A DNA stretch of 64,000 bases from Amoebophrya sp. A120 (lineage: Eukaryota; Protista; Dinoflagellata): NCBI GenBank assembly GCA_905178155.1, contig CAJINV010000013.1:3034158-3098157 (forward strand), read 5' to 3'. Below the pieces are notes generated by a model. It was not told where the DNA came from, made no database searches, and worked only from the letters and a program-made list of their open reading frames with translations. Shown piece after piece: positions 38,908 through 50,791 of this stretch; within the stretch, counting starts at the first letter, position 1; each line of letters opens with the position of its first letter. The translations under genes were made by a program, and so were the position numbers.

Positions 38908-41900
38908 GTCTTCTGGGCACGCCGCGCCGGGAAATTTCCGGTTCGTCAGACGAGAACAATCCCGCCGGACCGGGGGCGGCAGGAGAAATTTATCCGAATA
39001 TCGGCCGTGGTCCGAGTAGCAAAACAAAAGGTGTAGTTTCAACAGCATCTTCGCAACACTACAATCAAGTCATCGCAGCTGCTGCGCCATCCTCCTCGAC
39101 GCCTCGGAATCATAAGAACAGCCCTGGTCCTCACCAGCACAACAAGCCTTCTCTGCTCCAGTCGCTTGCCACAAGAGACGTCCCCGTGCCTCTAGCCAAT
39201 GAGACAAATTCTATTTTTGCGAGTAAGAAGATTTTTGGGGAGAAAGATGGCGCGGAAAGAACAAATCACCTGACCAGCTCCGACGGACGCGATGGTGGAA
39301 ATGACTCGTCGGCGACGTCCGACGAAGCGGCAGCGGCCGGACCGACAACGAACGCCGCGACCAACCGCATTCACCAGGCTCTGATGGATGATCCGGCCTT
39401 TGACGATTCGGTCTCGACCGGGCGCTCCGGGGATATGGAAAGTTTCACCACTTCGCAGAACAATCGGACAACTAGAGGTGGACCTCCACGGGCTACTAAC
39501 AACGGTAGAAGTGCAGCAGCAGCAGCTAGGGCGGAAAACAATAACAACACCAATCTAGTGCTCAATAACAGCCGCAATCAATTACATCAGCAAAGCCAAA
39601 GCTCTAGCCCGGGGCAGACCACCAGCGCGCGGAACTCGCCCCACAACATGAGCACCAGTCGGAGCACGAAGGCGACCAGCGCAACGCGCCACATCCTGGC
39701 CGACGCCGCGGCGGCAACCGTATCCGAGTGTGAAACTTCCCCATCCCCCTTCATTTGACAGGCATGATGAGTAGCAACACAGCAAACATTGGTGGAAATT
39801 ATGTGGCTTCCGCGTGACAATGACAAATCTTCACATCGATTGGGCGGTGCTGTTTGAGAAGATTTTTTCAATTTTGCCATCCTGCAGACTGTGGTCAGAA
39901 GCTGCACGCTGTGGATTTGGTATTTTTTAGTACAAATGTTGAGCGGGACGACGATGGGGAGTTGTGCACTTTCATAAACCGCAACGGCGCTGTATGCTGC
40001 GAGGGCGGAACGCGAGTACGGCTACAGTAGCTACAGCAACCGGTTCGACTCGCACTACAACATATGCATTGCAAATATGCTGTGGTCTGCAGTAAACTTG
40101 TGATGCCAGATTGTGAATGAGTACTTAAGATGACAGTCCCAGTAGCTGCATCCATGACAAGTTTTCGGGACGCTTGGTTCTCGTGTTTAGAGCGCAGCAC
40201 TTTTATTTCAGTGCGAGCCCTTCCTTTGTCGAAAAAATAAAAACTACGCTCTTTTCGGTCACATGCAATACAGATCCTGCAGGACTGCAGGACACACGCA
40301 AGACAGATCCCGCTTTTATTGCAGACCCAGAGGACACAAATTTGCACTTGATATTACAACCTCTCAGATGACAATACATCTTCCTCGTCCGGAAGAGTGA
40401 ATCAGTCCAGCTCAAACCCCAACCCCAATAGCAACTCCCAGTCCGGGACTGCGACGCAGCAGAATCAGAACCACCAGATGAACCCGCAAGCAGGCGGCGC
40501 TTTCGATAGTTTCAACTACGTCCGAAGAATCGGAAGTGGAGGTGGAACTAGTAGCAACCCTCTCGTTGCCCATAGCCACTCGCTGACACACTCCGCCGCG
40601 CTCCGGTCTTCCGGCGAGTTCAGCAATACTGCTCTCCGTGCGTCGGGCGGGTTGCTGAGTAATGACACATCGATTTCGATTTCGGAATTGCCTACCAGGG
40701 TGAAGAATAGTCTTCCCCCAACGCGGACCATTTCGGGGCGAATGATCGCCGACGGCGAGGAAGCGGATGGTGGCGGTACTACAGCGAGGCAGGTGCAGCT
40801 TCAACAAGGACGTGCTACTAGTGGAAATGTTCGAGGTTCATCTCCCCGGCCTAGCAAAGCAAGTCCGTCGAAGGGTATCGACCAAAGTAAGACTACCACC
40901 GTGACAACCTCTAACAGCCACAGCTCGACGGACACTAGTAACCGAATGCAGCAGAACTCAAACAAGAGTTTTTTCACAACGATGCTCGGCGGTGGGGGCG
41001 GAATAAAGCATAGGAATTCGCAGGATAAGCTTCTGAACAACGCCGCAGCTACGTCATCTACACCAGGTGCCAACGCACCAGTGGCAGCTGGCGGTGCCTC
41101 GCGCCGCGGCAGTCTCGCCTCGTTGTGGCTTCCATCCGAAGTTTGTCCGAGCCAGTCCGATCACGGCACTGCTGACGATCAAGGCTCCTCGATTCTTGGC
41201 GATATCGGAACAACTACGGCTGGACGACATCATGACAAAGAAGCCAGTACGTCGCCGCAAGACAGCGCTGCAGATCATCTGCAAAATCCATCCACACCTG
41301 CTGCGACTACCTTGCGAAAATTATTCTTCGGAGGAGGACCCGGGGGATCATCTTCAGGCAACACTAAGGACCACTCCGCAAGAACGGATCATACCGTCGC
41401 TGCACCAGGAGCTACTTCGCGTACAAAATATAGCGGCAAAAACAGTACGAGCACGTCCGGCAATATTAAAGCACAATCGATCCTGCAGCAGCCGGAAGAA
41501 TATTTGGTAACCACTCCGAGTGACGCCTTTTATTCGACGAGTGTCGAACCGGCATCGAACGTGTTGAAGCAGATGGACGATGAGGCGACGGATTTGTTGA
41601 TAGAGAAGATGAAGATGCGAACGGACAATCAGTTTCAAGCGCGAAAAATGGCGGATGACGATTTGTTTGAAGTAGACGAAGAGCGAGGAATTAGAAACAC
41701 GAAGAAGATGAGCGGGACCGGCACTACCGCCTCCCCTATCACGGCGCGCCGCATACAGTCACATGTCGGGGAGCATCATGAGGATGAACACCAAAGAAAC
41801 TACAACGAGAATTACATCGAAGGAGATGAGTTGTACGGGAATCTGCGTCCGACGTCAGGCGTCCAGGGCGTTATGCAGGGAGGTGGCCGCGGAACCACGC

Positions 41901-42022
41901 CGGTGGTTTTGAGTACTGGAAGTCGGCCAGCGTACCGGGAACTGGACTGGGACAGCTCCTCCGGATCGGATCACACCTACTACTCCGAAAACGCGTTTGC
42001 ACAAATTCCTAATGGGAGGTGA
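38908..42022 (+). CDS. Low-complexity Ser/Thr/Gly-rich hypothetical protein, two introners; first exon probably near 38590-38710
   Basis: Open frame from 38908 through ORF 39186, micro-exon ~39982-40062 and ORF 40397 after element removal. Confidence 0.65.
39721..39976. mobile_element. Introner, family G
   Basis: TIR tatccgagtgtgaaacttccccatc / gatggggagttgtgcactttcata; TSD aaccg. Confidence 0.85.
40063..40353. mobile_element. Introner, old degenerate family A-like
   Basis: Ends tatgcattgcaaat / atttgcacttgata; TSD caaca / ttaca (alternative reading: 6-bp tacaac around 40062-40354); either removal is in frame. Confidence 0.8.
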
Positions 42023-43625
42023 GCATTATTGAGCACTTGCCGTTGTGGTCTTTCAGCCATCTGGAAGATCTGTGCCTGCTAATTATATCAGGAGCAAGAA
42101 CGGGGGCTGCAAAAGCCAAAACTGCACGGGAAAATTGAACAAAACGGTGTGGATAGTACTAGTACCGACATGATCAGTGATCAAGCTGATGTATTAAAAA
42201 TTCACTGAAAAAGTAATGATGTTGATGGCGCAAAGCTATCGGCGGGCAGTAAAAAAAGGAGTCTAGGAAAAAAATGGGCAAAATATTAAGAAGAGGAAAA
42301 ACAACACATAGAATACACTCAGTCTCAAGCTTATACAGACCATATCCTCGTCGAGTGACACACGGAGTCATTGTCATTACTTAAAATGATTGCTGTTGAA
42401 AGGATTTACTTCTTCTGACCGCATGATCACTCAGTGACTTACAAGTGTACCAATCAAATGAAATTGGGTTTTCGTTATTGTGTGTTTGGTGTGCATTTTG
42501 AGAAAAAAAAGCGCTGTGCTATTGAAAAGTGTGACGTCGAGCACAACATGCTCGCGGAGGTTTTGCCTGGTATTCCCATTGTGTCGCCTGTGAATCACGA
42601 TATGGAGGCTCCGCGAAGAAATATGTTTTGTGTCGAAGGCGTGGTTGGAGGAAATCAACTGTATAAACACAAGTAAGTACGGTTCAACGTGCTGCGCCGC
42701 TCGAGCAAAAGAAAAACCAACTTTATGCTGTTCTGATGCGGGTGATGGCATATTTTATTTTGAAAACGCGGACTTCGATTTTTTTCTTTTTTACGGTTGT
42801 TTTTTTTGTTGGCTCACCTTGAGGAGGTCGTCTGTATTTTTCGGGTTGCGGTGGGACTCTGATTTTTTTTTTTATTTGAGACTGGAGTAAGCAAATCTAC
42901 CTACAGCGAGAGCGAGACGAGAGGCCGCCTACCAGCTGTTTTCATGTCGTGCTTATGTGTGTTTTTTATCTTTTCCTCCGAAAGGGATGCGAATCTCCCG
43001 AGCACTTCGAGTGGGCTTCTCTTTGAGTTTGCTTTTTCCGGACGGGCTGACATTCTGTTTGTTTCTTTACCTGCTGTTTTTTTACAAAAATTTTTCTTGT
43101 ATTCAGTATGCAAGATCAACGACGTACAACGCAACAACATCTCGGCAGGCGAAGAAGAGGCCAGGCGGGCCAAGATCTTCCCATAGCTATCTCAATCTGT
43201 GTAGGGAATTAAACCGCATGTAAAAAGCAAAAGAGATTGATGAAGTCTGTTTCGTGTCTTGTTTAATAGGTGGCAGCGACTTTTTTTGTGAAAATAGTCC
43301 TGTAGTTACAACGTGTAAGTGTAACTCATGTGTCACAAGCACAGCCACATTGTCGGTCGTCAAACAAAACTTGTAAATATCGGTGTTGATGAGGGTTGTG
43401 AATTTGAAAAGCAGAAAAAAACCTTATGCTTTCTTGATGGATACCTGTTGTGTTTATCTTGAATTAAGTACTTTATATCTAAGTACCATGCGGAGATGAA
43501 TCTAGTCAAAACGTTTTTAGCAACTTAGGAAGTTTGCAGAAATCTTCAAGAATTCACTTTCTTTACCGCTGCGACTTTTCCTAGCGTCATGAAATAACCC
43601 TTTTCAGCTCTGTACGTCTAGCATT

Positions 43626-46280
43626 ATGATTTCGGAAAACTACAGCGGTGCTGGACCGGATACCCACGCTGCAGACACGGCGGAGGGAAACAAGAACACT
43701 GCTTTATTACAATGAAAAATGCCCCCTCCCCATATCAAAACGGAAATCTGTGATGCAGATTTGTGGTCACAAATGACAAATCAGCTTTGTGATGCTAGAA
43801 GGCAAAAGATGCGGACTGTAGTGCTGTCCGGCGTGGGAAAGCCTTACAGCTCCAGGATGACAAAAGGCAACTGGAAGTGGGAAACAGCATGACAGATAGC
43901 CTGCAACTTAGGCCGCAGCTTCGTCTCTTGGCCTTCTAGCAATACAAGTTGATTTGTGTACTCAAATACAGCATCACAAATTCGCGCATCTTCCGTTTCC
44001 GATATGGGGTGGGGGCTTTTTTCAGTTTGATATGCTTCCACAACATCATCAATCACACCAGTAGCTCGTGGTCGTCTCCGAGCAGAAGATGGTGCAACGA
44101 CGACGGCTACAGAGATTTTTCAGGCCGAGAAACAAATATCCATCCCAAGAGAGGACCACAACTACGACGGCAGTACTAGTTCCGGTGCGGCTACAGCAAC
44201 CTACTCTTCCAAGTCTCCACCGGGCGCCACTCTTTTAGAAGAGTTCGCGTTGCAACAGGACGTCGGATCCACAGGAGTCATAGACTTCCATATTTCACTG
44301 CCGGACGAGCAGCAGGGAGGACAGGCGCTGCATCCAGTTGACAATAGTACAGAGATGAACAATACGAGAGCGCCGGGCCTGTACGGCTTGATCTACTATT
44401 CCACGATCAGCGTTGCGGACGACCTAACTGCGACGAAGAACAGCACGTCGACCGCGCGCGACCCGTTGTTGTGTAGCTCCAGTTGTGTGATCCTGCAAAG
44501 ACAGCGGACAAACAACAGCACAGCAAGCCGTGGAGCAGGAGACCAAGAGCTGCATCAAGGCAGTTGTACCAGCCACGTGGTACTGCACGACCACCTCGTC
44601 CCACAGGGAACAACGACCACGACGTCAAAATCAAAAAGTAGTAACATCAACACTTTGACGACCAGTTTTGTGCTCCCTGAAACAAGCGGCTCGCAGTTGC
44701 TACAACAGGATGCAGTTCACGATCATCAGCAGAGTCTGCAGCGACACAGCTTCGCCAACAAACTGCGGGAAAAACTGATCCCCACGGCTTTGCGCCGTGA
44801 GAACGAGCTTTATGCGAACAACGAAAGTAGCTCTGGTTCCTCCTGTCGGTCCAGTATGTTGGAGGAAAGCACCACCTGTCGGCAAATGCAGCGCTCCGTC
44901 CCCGGCCCAACGGGGAGCAGCAGCAGTTTCGGCACCGTGAGGAAAGTGCCGAAGCCGCTCGAGTTTTCGGATTTGGACCAGTCCGACCACACTTACCACT
45001 CACACGACCACGACAGTCAGAAGTCGGACTCGTCCTCGCAATTCACGCTTCCGGATCAACATTCCGCGCCCCGGTCCGTGCCGCGCTCGAGACAAATCAG
45101 TAGTACGGAAAATTCGTCGGCTCAACTCATGTTGACCACGCCCGTGCTCTCGGACTATTGTTCTGCATTGGAGCAACAGGAATATATTCTTGCCCGGGTG
45201 GCACAGTACAAAGAGCCGAAGATGACCAAGAGCCAGCGTGTCTTGATGCAACAGAGGCTGGACATCCAAGCCTACCAGCGCTGGTTACGGGGTCCGGGAA
45301 GGAGCAAGTCGGCGAATCTACCGATTGGAGCGAAGGCGGAAGTGCCAGTGCCGGTGCATCCCATACCAAACTTCTAGCCCAGAGAAAAAAGCTGTTACAC
45401 CAACATGGCAGTCTTTTGATACCAAAAGAACAAGCGAGGAAGAAAACAAATATGAGAGAAACAAAAACGTCGGTCTTGCATAGTGCCTCAAATTATCGCA
45501 TGCCACGGGCTACTGGCCCACGACAAGAATTTTTGTGCTGGAATATTTGCTTATGACATCATTAGCAAAAAATTACGGTACGCTGGCTTTTTTCTGTGTG
45601 ATACGTTCGGGTCCGGGGCACCGATTTTTCAGAGCAAGACAGCGCCGCCGGCTCACGCAAAGTCTTCCTCCTCGTCAGCGCGCAGGGTAAACAACTGGAC
45701 CGGCTACGAACAGGGGGAAATACGCCCGCAAATGACCCCAGCGCCTGTTGTCGGCAGAAATCCACGAGACGCCGTGGCCCCTCCTATCATGACCACCAGC
45801 CAGCAGCGAGACGTTTTGAATGAGTCTGACCTCATATGCGAGAAATAAACTGTGAATGATAATGGAGGTCCTCCTGGGAGTCGTGACAGCATGACAAAAA
45901 TTTTGTTCCGGCATGTCAGATGAAGCCAGTCAGGCACATCTACTTAATGCTTGAAAACACATGTGAAAGATGACTTCAAGGCTGGCCAGAATAGCAATTG
46001 CAACTGTGATGATGTAGCGTGCTTCACATTTTCAGACTGACACTTGAACATACACAATTTTTTTGTTGCATACCTCAGTTGTGGCACGTCGCGCAGCATC
46101 GAATCGGTGGAAGGCCGGGCCTCGGTTGTCGCCTTTTCTCTACCCGTGAGGGATCAAGATGATCCGCCGCCACCCAACCAGCTGCACGCAAACCGAGCGT
46201 TCAACATCCCGGATGTGCAACGACGAGCGCACGATCCTAGCAGAAGTAGCGAGGATGGCGATGGTCTGCGAGGATGGTGA
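43626..46280 (+). CDS. Low-complexity hypothetical protein, three introners
   Basis: MISENYSG...KNTASTTSS, ...HPIPNFGSGAPIFQ..., ...ESDLSCGTSRSIES join in frame after removing three elements. Confidence 0.7.
43705..44032. mobile_element. Introner, family B (opposite orientation to 1209-1524)
   Basis: TIR tattacaatgaaaaatgccccctccccatatc / gatatggggtgggggcttttttcagtttgata; TSD tgctt. Confidence 0.92.
45375..45603. mobile_element. Introner, degenerate family J (left end TAG)
   Basis: TIR tagcccagagaaaaaagc / gcttttttctgtgtgata; TSD acttc / cgttc; removal restores frame. Confidence 0.75.
45835..46072. mobile_element. Introner, family I
   Basis: TIR tatgcgagaaataaactgtg / cacaatttttttgttgcata; TSD cctca; removal restores frame. 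Confidence 0.85.
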
Positions 46281-49200
46281 ACTACCTGCCGACAGTGATG
46301 TTAGAACGTGAAATAAAACGATGAACACGAGCCGGTGGAGTAGTGGAACGTACAGTAAGTAGTAGGTGGCAAATTATGTCATACTGCTGATCGTTGTGAT
46401 TCTGATACTGATTGGTTTACTAGGTACAGCTGGGATTCGACTTCTGGAAGACCTACAAACAGGGGTCTTCGTCTTGTTGCATGGAAATTCCCAGACCCAC
46501 CAGTAGAGTAAACTAATAATTATTCCGGTATGGGATGTCCAATTTATTGCAAGTATTGGAGTGTGTGACGTTATCGTTCCTACAAGAAGTTCATAGATGC
46601 ATTTTTAACACAAAAATGAGTGCCTACTTATAGTAAATTTCACTTTCAGTGGCACTTTGCCAGCCGAAACGTGCGTAATTCGCTTCGGTTGAGATCAGCG
46701 CTGCTGTACAAAATTTCGTAAAGTAGAAGTAGGGCTTGCACCTCCACTTTAGGAATTCGTTTCACACACGTCAGAGAACTGGAAAGTAGGTAGAAATAGA
46801 AGTTTTAGCGACGACAGAGCGAGTAGCAGATCTTGAGTTGAAAACAAAAGTAAGTATGAAAAAGGTGTGAAACTATAAAAAAATAAACAAAAAGACGATG
46901 AGTAAAGGACATAGGCATAGCTATAGCAAGAAGGGCTCCCGACACCACGATATCTTTTACCGGCTGTGTCTTACTTTGACAAAGAACGGTAATAGCCGTT
47001 TTTGGCTTGGCATTCGTTGGCACCTGTCAACGCATCACAATCCGGTCTTGAAAGGAAGATGCAGCAGTTCCGCTGGTGACTCAGTAAACACGAGGAGGCG
47101 TGGTCACTTTGCGGAATTTGGAGGTAGAAGTCGTGAACTGCAGACAAAAATCGACTTGTACTGCAACTACTGTCAATGTTGAAGATAGCGAACGTATGTA
47201 AGAGGACAGGAAAGGAATGTATCTTTTATGGAAAAGACGTGTGGACCGGAGTAAGGAATCAATAGGTCGGAGCTATTTCTTGTCATCTATGTCGTGTGGT
47301 ACCCACTAGGGAAGAAATTGAAAAGTTTTTGTGACCCACCTGTATATAGGTCGTTCGAGATAAAATCTATGTAAAAACTCATCATCATCTCAAGATCCGA
47401 TGTATTTCTTATGATTCGATTTGGAAGCTTCTCGCCGCATCCGCAAGTTCGCATACGTTCTGCACAACACGGACGTGCCACGGCCGCGATAGAACGACCT
47501 CGTCACCTTCTACCTGTTCTCTCCTGTTGTAAGTACACGCCCGAGCTAGTGTCGCAGATTCCACCGGTTCCACCTCCACCGGCTCGCCTCCGCCAAGGGA
47601 CCCCGACAGGAGTAAGACAAGCAAAACAAAAACTACAAACGACAAAAGTACCACCGCGGGCGGTAGCATGAGAAGTAGTTTCGATGCAGCTTCATCGATT
47701 GCTCGCAGTCAGGAACTCCCGCAAAAGAGGAACTCCTGTGCTGCTGGCCACACTCCCGTGGAGATCCTGCCGCAGATTGTCGGCGAAATGATCACTGCAC
47801 ACGAGCAGCACCACTATCTTTTGGGACAGCTGTGAGGAAAAAGAAGAGAGTATTTGTGCTGCTCCTCTCGTATAGATAGTATGATGCAGATTGGATTAGG
47901 AATAAGGAGTTTTTTCCTTGACGAGGACAAAGGTTAATATTGAAGCTGAAACAAGTTGAAGTAACGGGCTACTTATGTGAAAAATTTGCTGACCGCGCAC
48001 TAGACATTGATAACATTGTTCTTGAGATTAGCTAAAATGCGAGGCCCTTCGTCGAAAACAAGCGAAAGATGCCCGAGTCTGTGATGATAGACAGTGATAG
48101 AATTATGCCGCATTGCAATACCTACGACTAGCTCCCGCGGCATCAAAGCCGTTTGATTTTTTCTCTCTTTTGATGGGATCGGATTAAAGAGACATATGAA
48201 TTACTCTTCTCATGTGGATTCGCGATCGTTTGCAGCATGTATGTAGCGGGAAATAGTGCACTTTATCATATGGAATATGTACAATAATTTGTTGACAGAG
48301 ACAGGTCCGTCATCTGGATCGTTACAGTATCGAACTAATACACCTGCTGCAGTTTGTGTTATCAAATTTTATCTCATTTTCCCATGACGGCAAGACCACA
48401 GCGCAGGGCTAGTACGTCAGAAGTAGCATATGAATCTTATCCCCAAAGAACATCACAGATTTGTGAAAAACCGCACGGTGTGATAGTATATGCAGGCAGG
48501 AGTTTTTATTTCCGCCATAGGTGGTTTTTCAGAGTATTGCACTGCTACTGAGTCGTGTCGTCCCAATAGTCATATTTCTATCTGTGTATGAAATCGAAAT
48601 AGTTTCTGGTTGCCGCCATGCTTTCTAAAGACTAGTGAGTGACCTTTTACATTTTGCTAAATTCTGGCTGACGCTAGCGAGGGGCGAATCGGAATCTATC
48701 ATGCGATAGACCTGGTTCATATTGAAGCCTTGTTGACAATTTTGACTTTATGCGCAGAGAGAATCCCAACACTAGATCATTCCATGCACGACACTCGATG
48801 AAGCGTACATCCATATCTATGAAAAAGGTCGGAGATGTTACGGCTTCTTGCCAGCACTTTTGAAGCGGTAGTAGAGTACTGAGTTGCGATATTGCTCTTG
48901 CCACAGCAGAACTACCAGGCTGCAGCCATGTATGATGGATGAACCTAGCACCCTTCTGCCTTTCCCAAGCGGACTACGAAAATGGATGTAGCAGACCCGC
49001 CACTTTTCGATGCGATACTGCGTCGGACCTAATGGCCGGCGACGTAAACGACACACAGAGCCCTTTTCTTGCTTCTTCCCATTGAATGATGCTTTTTTGC
49101 TTTCCGGCACGGATAATTCCAACCAACACGCCGTTACTTTTGACGATAAATGAAGATGAACGAGAAGAGAAACAATATTCTCTTGAGGCAGACGGGCTTA

Positions 49201-49535
49201 GTACTCCGCGTCCTATGATTCATTTGTTCCGACAGGTCATTCATTCTACAAGTACAACTACATACGACTATATGACGAAAGAGATCCCTCCCAGGTGTTG
49301 AGTAAGTAATATGATCGGAGCTCCGAACAGAAAGACCAAGATCATCACCACGACCCATGTCTGAACTTATTTACTTCAATCCATCGGTGTGCAGTAAGTA
49401 GCACGCACACACCAAGAAGAACAAAAAGGTTCTGTTCTGGTTGCTGGACAAAGAAACTGCATAAATTTAAACCTCCTGCTCGGCAAGGATTTCATTCGAA
49501 AGAAGTATTGACAAGGTGGACATATCAATCGTTGA

Positions 49536-50648
49536 ATGACAATGGCCGCCGAACAAACTCCTGGCGTCGACGCAAACGCGGACGACGAGGACGGCAGCTA
49601 TCTGATAAAGGAAATCGACATCGACGATGATATCTGTTGCACGACTGAACGGGAGGGGAGTTGTGGCGCGACATCAAAGCGAACGATCAAAATCCATCAG
49701 GTCTTTTCGAACTCCCGAACAAATGCAGTTGTCTGGGACGCGGGCCTGGTTTTGGCGCACTTTTTGATGCGAAGCCGTTCTCTCGTGGAGGGCAAGAATG
49801 TCCTGGAGCTCGGCGCGGGCACAGGGATCGTCGGCTTGGTCGCTGGTTTCGTGGGCGCACGAAAAGTTTGCCTGACCGATTTGCCAGATGCGATTGCCTT
49901 GCTGCGGAGGAATGTGGAGCGGAATCATCTACATCACAGTGGGCGGAGTTCTTTTTCGGTTCCTTCTTCATCATATTCTTGTGCGGATGGGCTCGGCAGC
50001 GGAGGCGCAAGTGACGAAAAGGAGAAGGGAAGTGGTGCGCTCGCGGCGGCCTCATCGGTAGGCGTAGAAGGGAACACGAAGGACAAGAATGCCGCTTCAG
50101 TGCAGGATCCCGGTAGCTCCTCCTGCTCCAAATCATATCACGTGGCGCCGCTAGTTTGGGGCAAGGAGCATTTGGCAGGTCACAGTCGACATTTTTCTGG
50201 TATTGTTGATTTCTTCTGCAACGACGAGTATGAGACGAGCGTCGGAAGGATTTCCACCGAGAAAGTAGAAGCAATGGATATAGAGCAGAAAACAACGCCG
50301 CAGCCTCAGCCTAGCCTGAGTGTCGACGTTGTTCTCCTCGGCGACTGCCTTTTCGAGCCGGAAGGAGTGGAAGCGTTGATAGAAACCTTGGTTGAATTGA
50401 GGGCCCGAGCGCAACACAGCCCCAAGCCACTGGAAATTCTGTGTGCGTACGAAGTGCGCACCGAGGGGCAAAATAGAGGGCTAGAGAGGGGATTTTTGGA
50501 GGCGATGGCGAAAGATGGCTTGTTTGTCGCTGAAAGAATAGAACTCGCAAAGCTGCATCCAGACTATTGCTGCGAAGACATTCCGGTGTGGAGGTTAGTG
50601 AGCCGCAGCAAAGATGTTGTCAACGAGAACGAGCGAAAAGAAATTTGA
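49536..50648 (+). CDS. METTL21/VCPKMT-like protein-lysine methyltransferase (Methyltransf_16 family)
   Basis: VWDAGLVLAHFL, VLELGAGTGIVGL (SAM motif I), VCLTDLPDAIALLRRNVERN, LVWG, DVVLLGDCLF. Confidence 0.9.
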   Translation: MTMAAEQTPGVDANADDEDGSYLIKEIDIDDDICCTTEREGSCGATSKRTIKIHQVFSNSRTNAVVWDAGLVLAHFLMRSRSLVEGKNVLELGAGTGIVGLVAGFVGARKVCLTDLPDAIALLRRNVERNHLHHSGRSSFSVPSSSYSCADGLGSGGASDEKEKGSGALAAASSVGVEGNTKDKNAASVQDPGSSSCSKSYHVAPLVWGKEHLAGHSRHFSGIVDFFCNDEYETSVGRISTEKVEAMDIEQKTTPQPQPSLSVDVVLLGDCLFEPEGVEALIETLVELRARAQHSPKPLEILCAYEVRTEGQNRGLERGFLEAMAKDGLFVAERIELAKLHPDYCCEDIPVWRLVSRSKDVVNENERKEI

Positions 50649-50791
50649 AAAATGTTGGAGAAAGAGCAGCAGCCGTTCCTATTTCTTTGGGGTTAAGCTG
50701 CAGGCATGTTCTGGGCGAGCAAGTGGAAGGCTTGTGTTCACCGCGGGCATTTTTCTTGAGCTCATTTGACTCCGCCACGGAGATGAGTGAT

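Noticed and set aside
46281-49535. Short ORFs in the 3.2-kb gap (e.g. 47411-47671)
   Set aside because: No coherent exon chain or motif; a small gene cannot be excluded.
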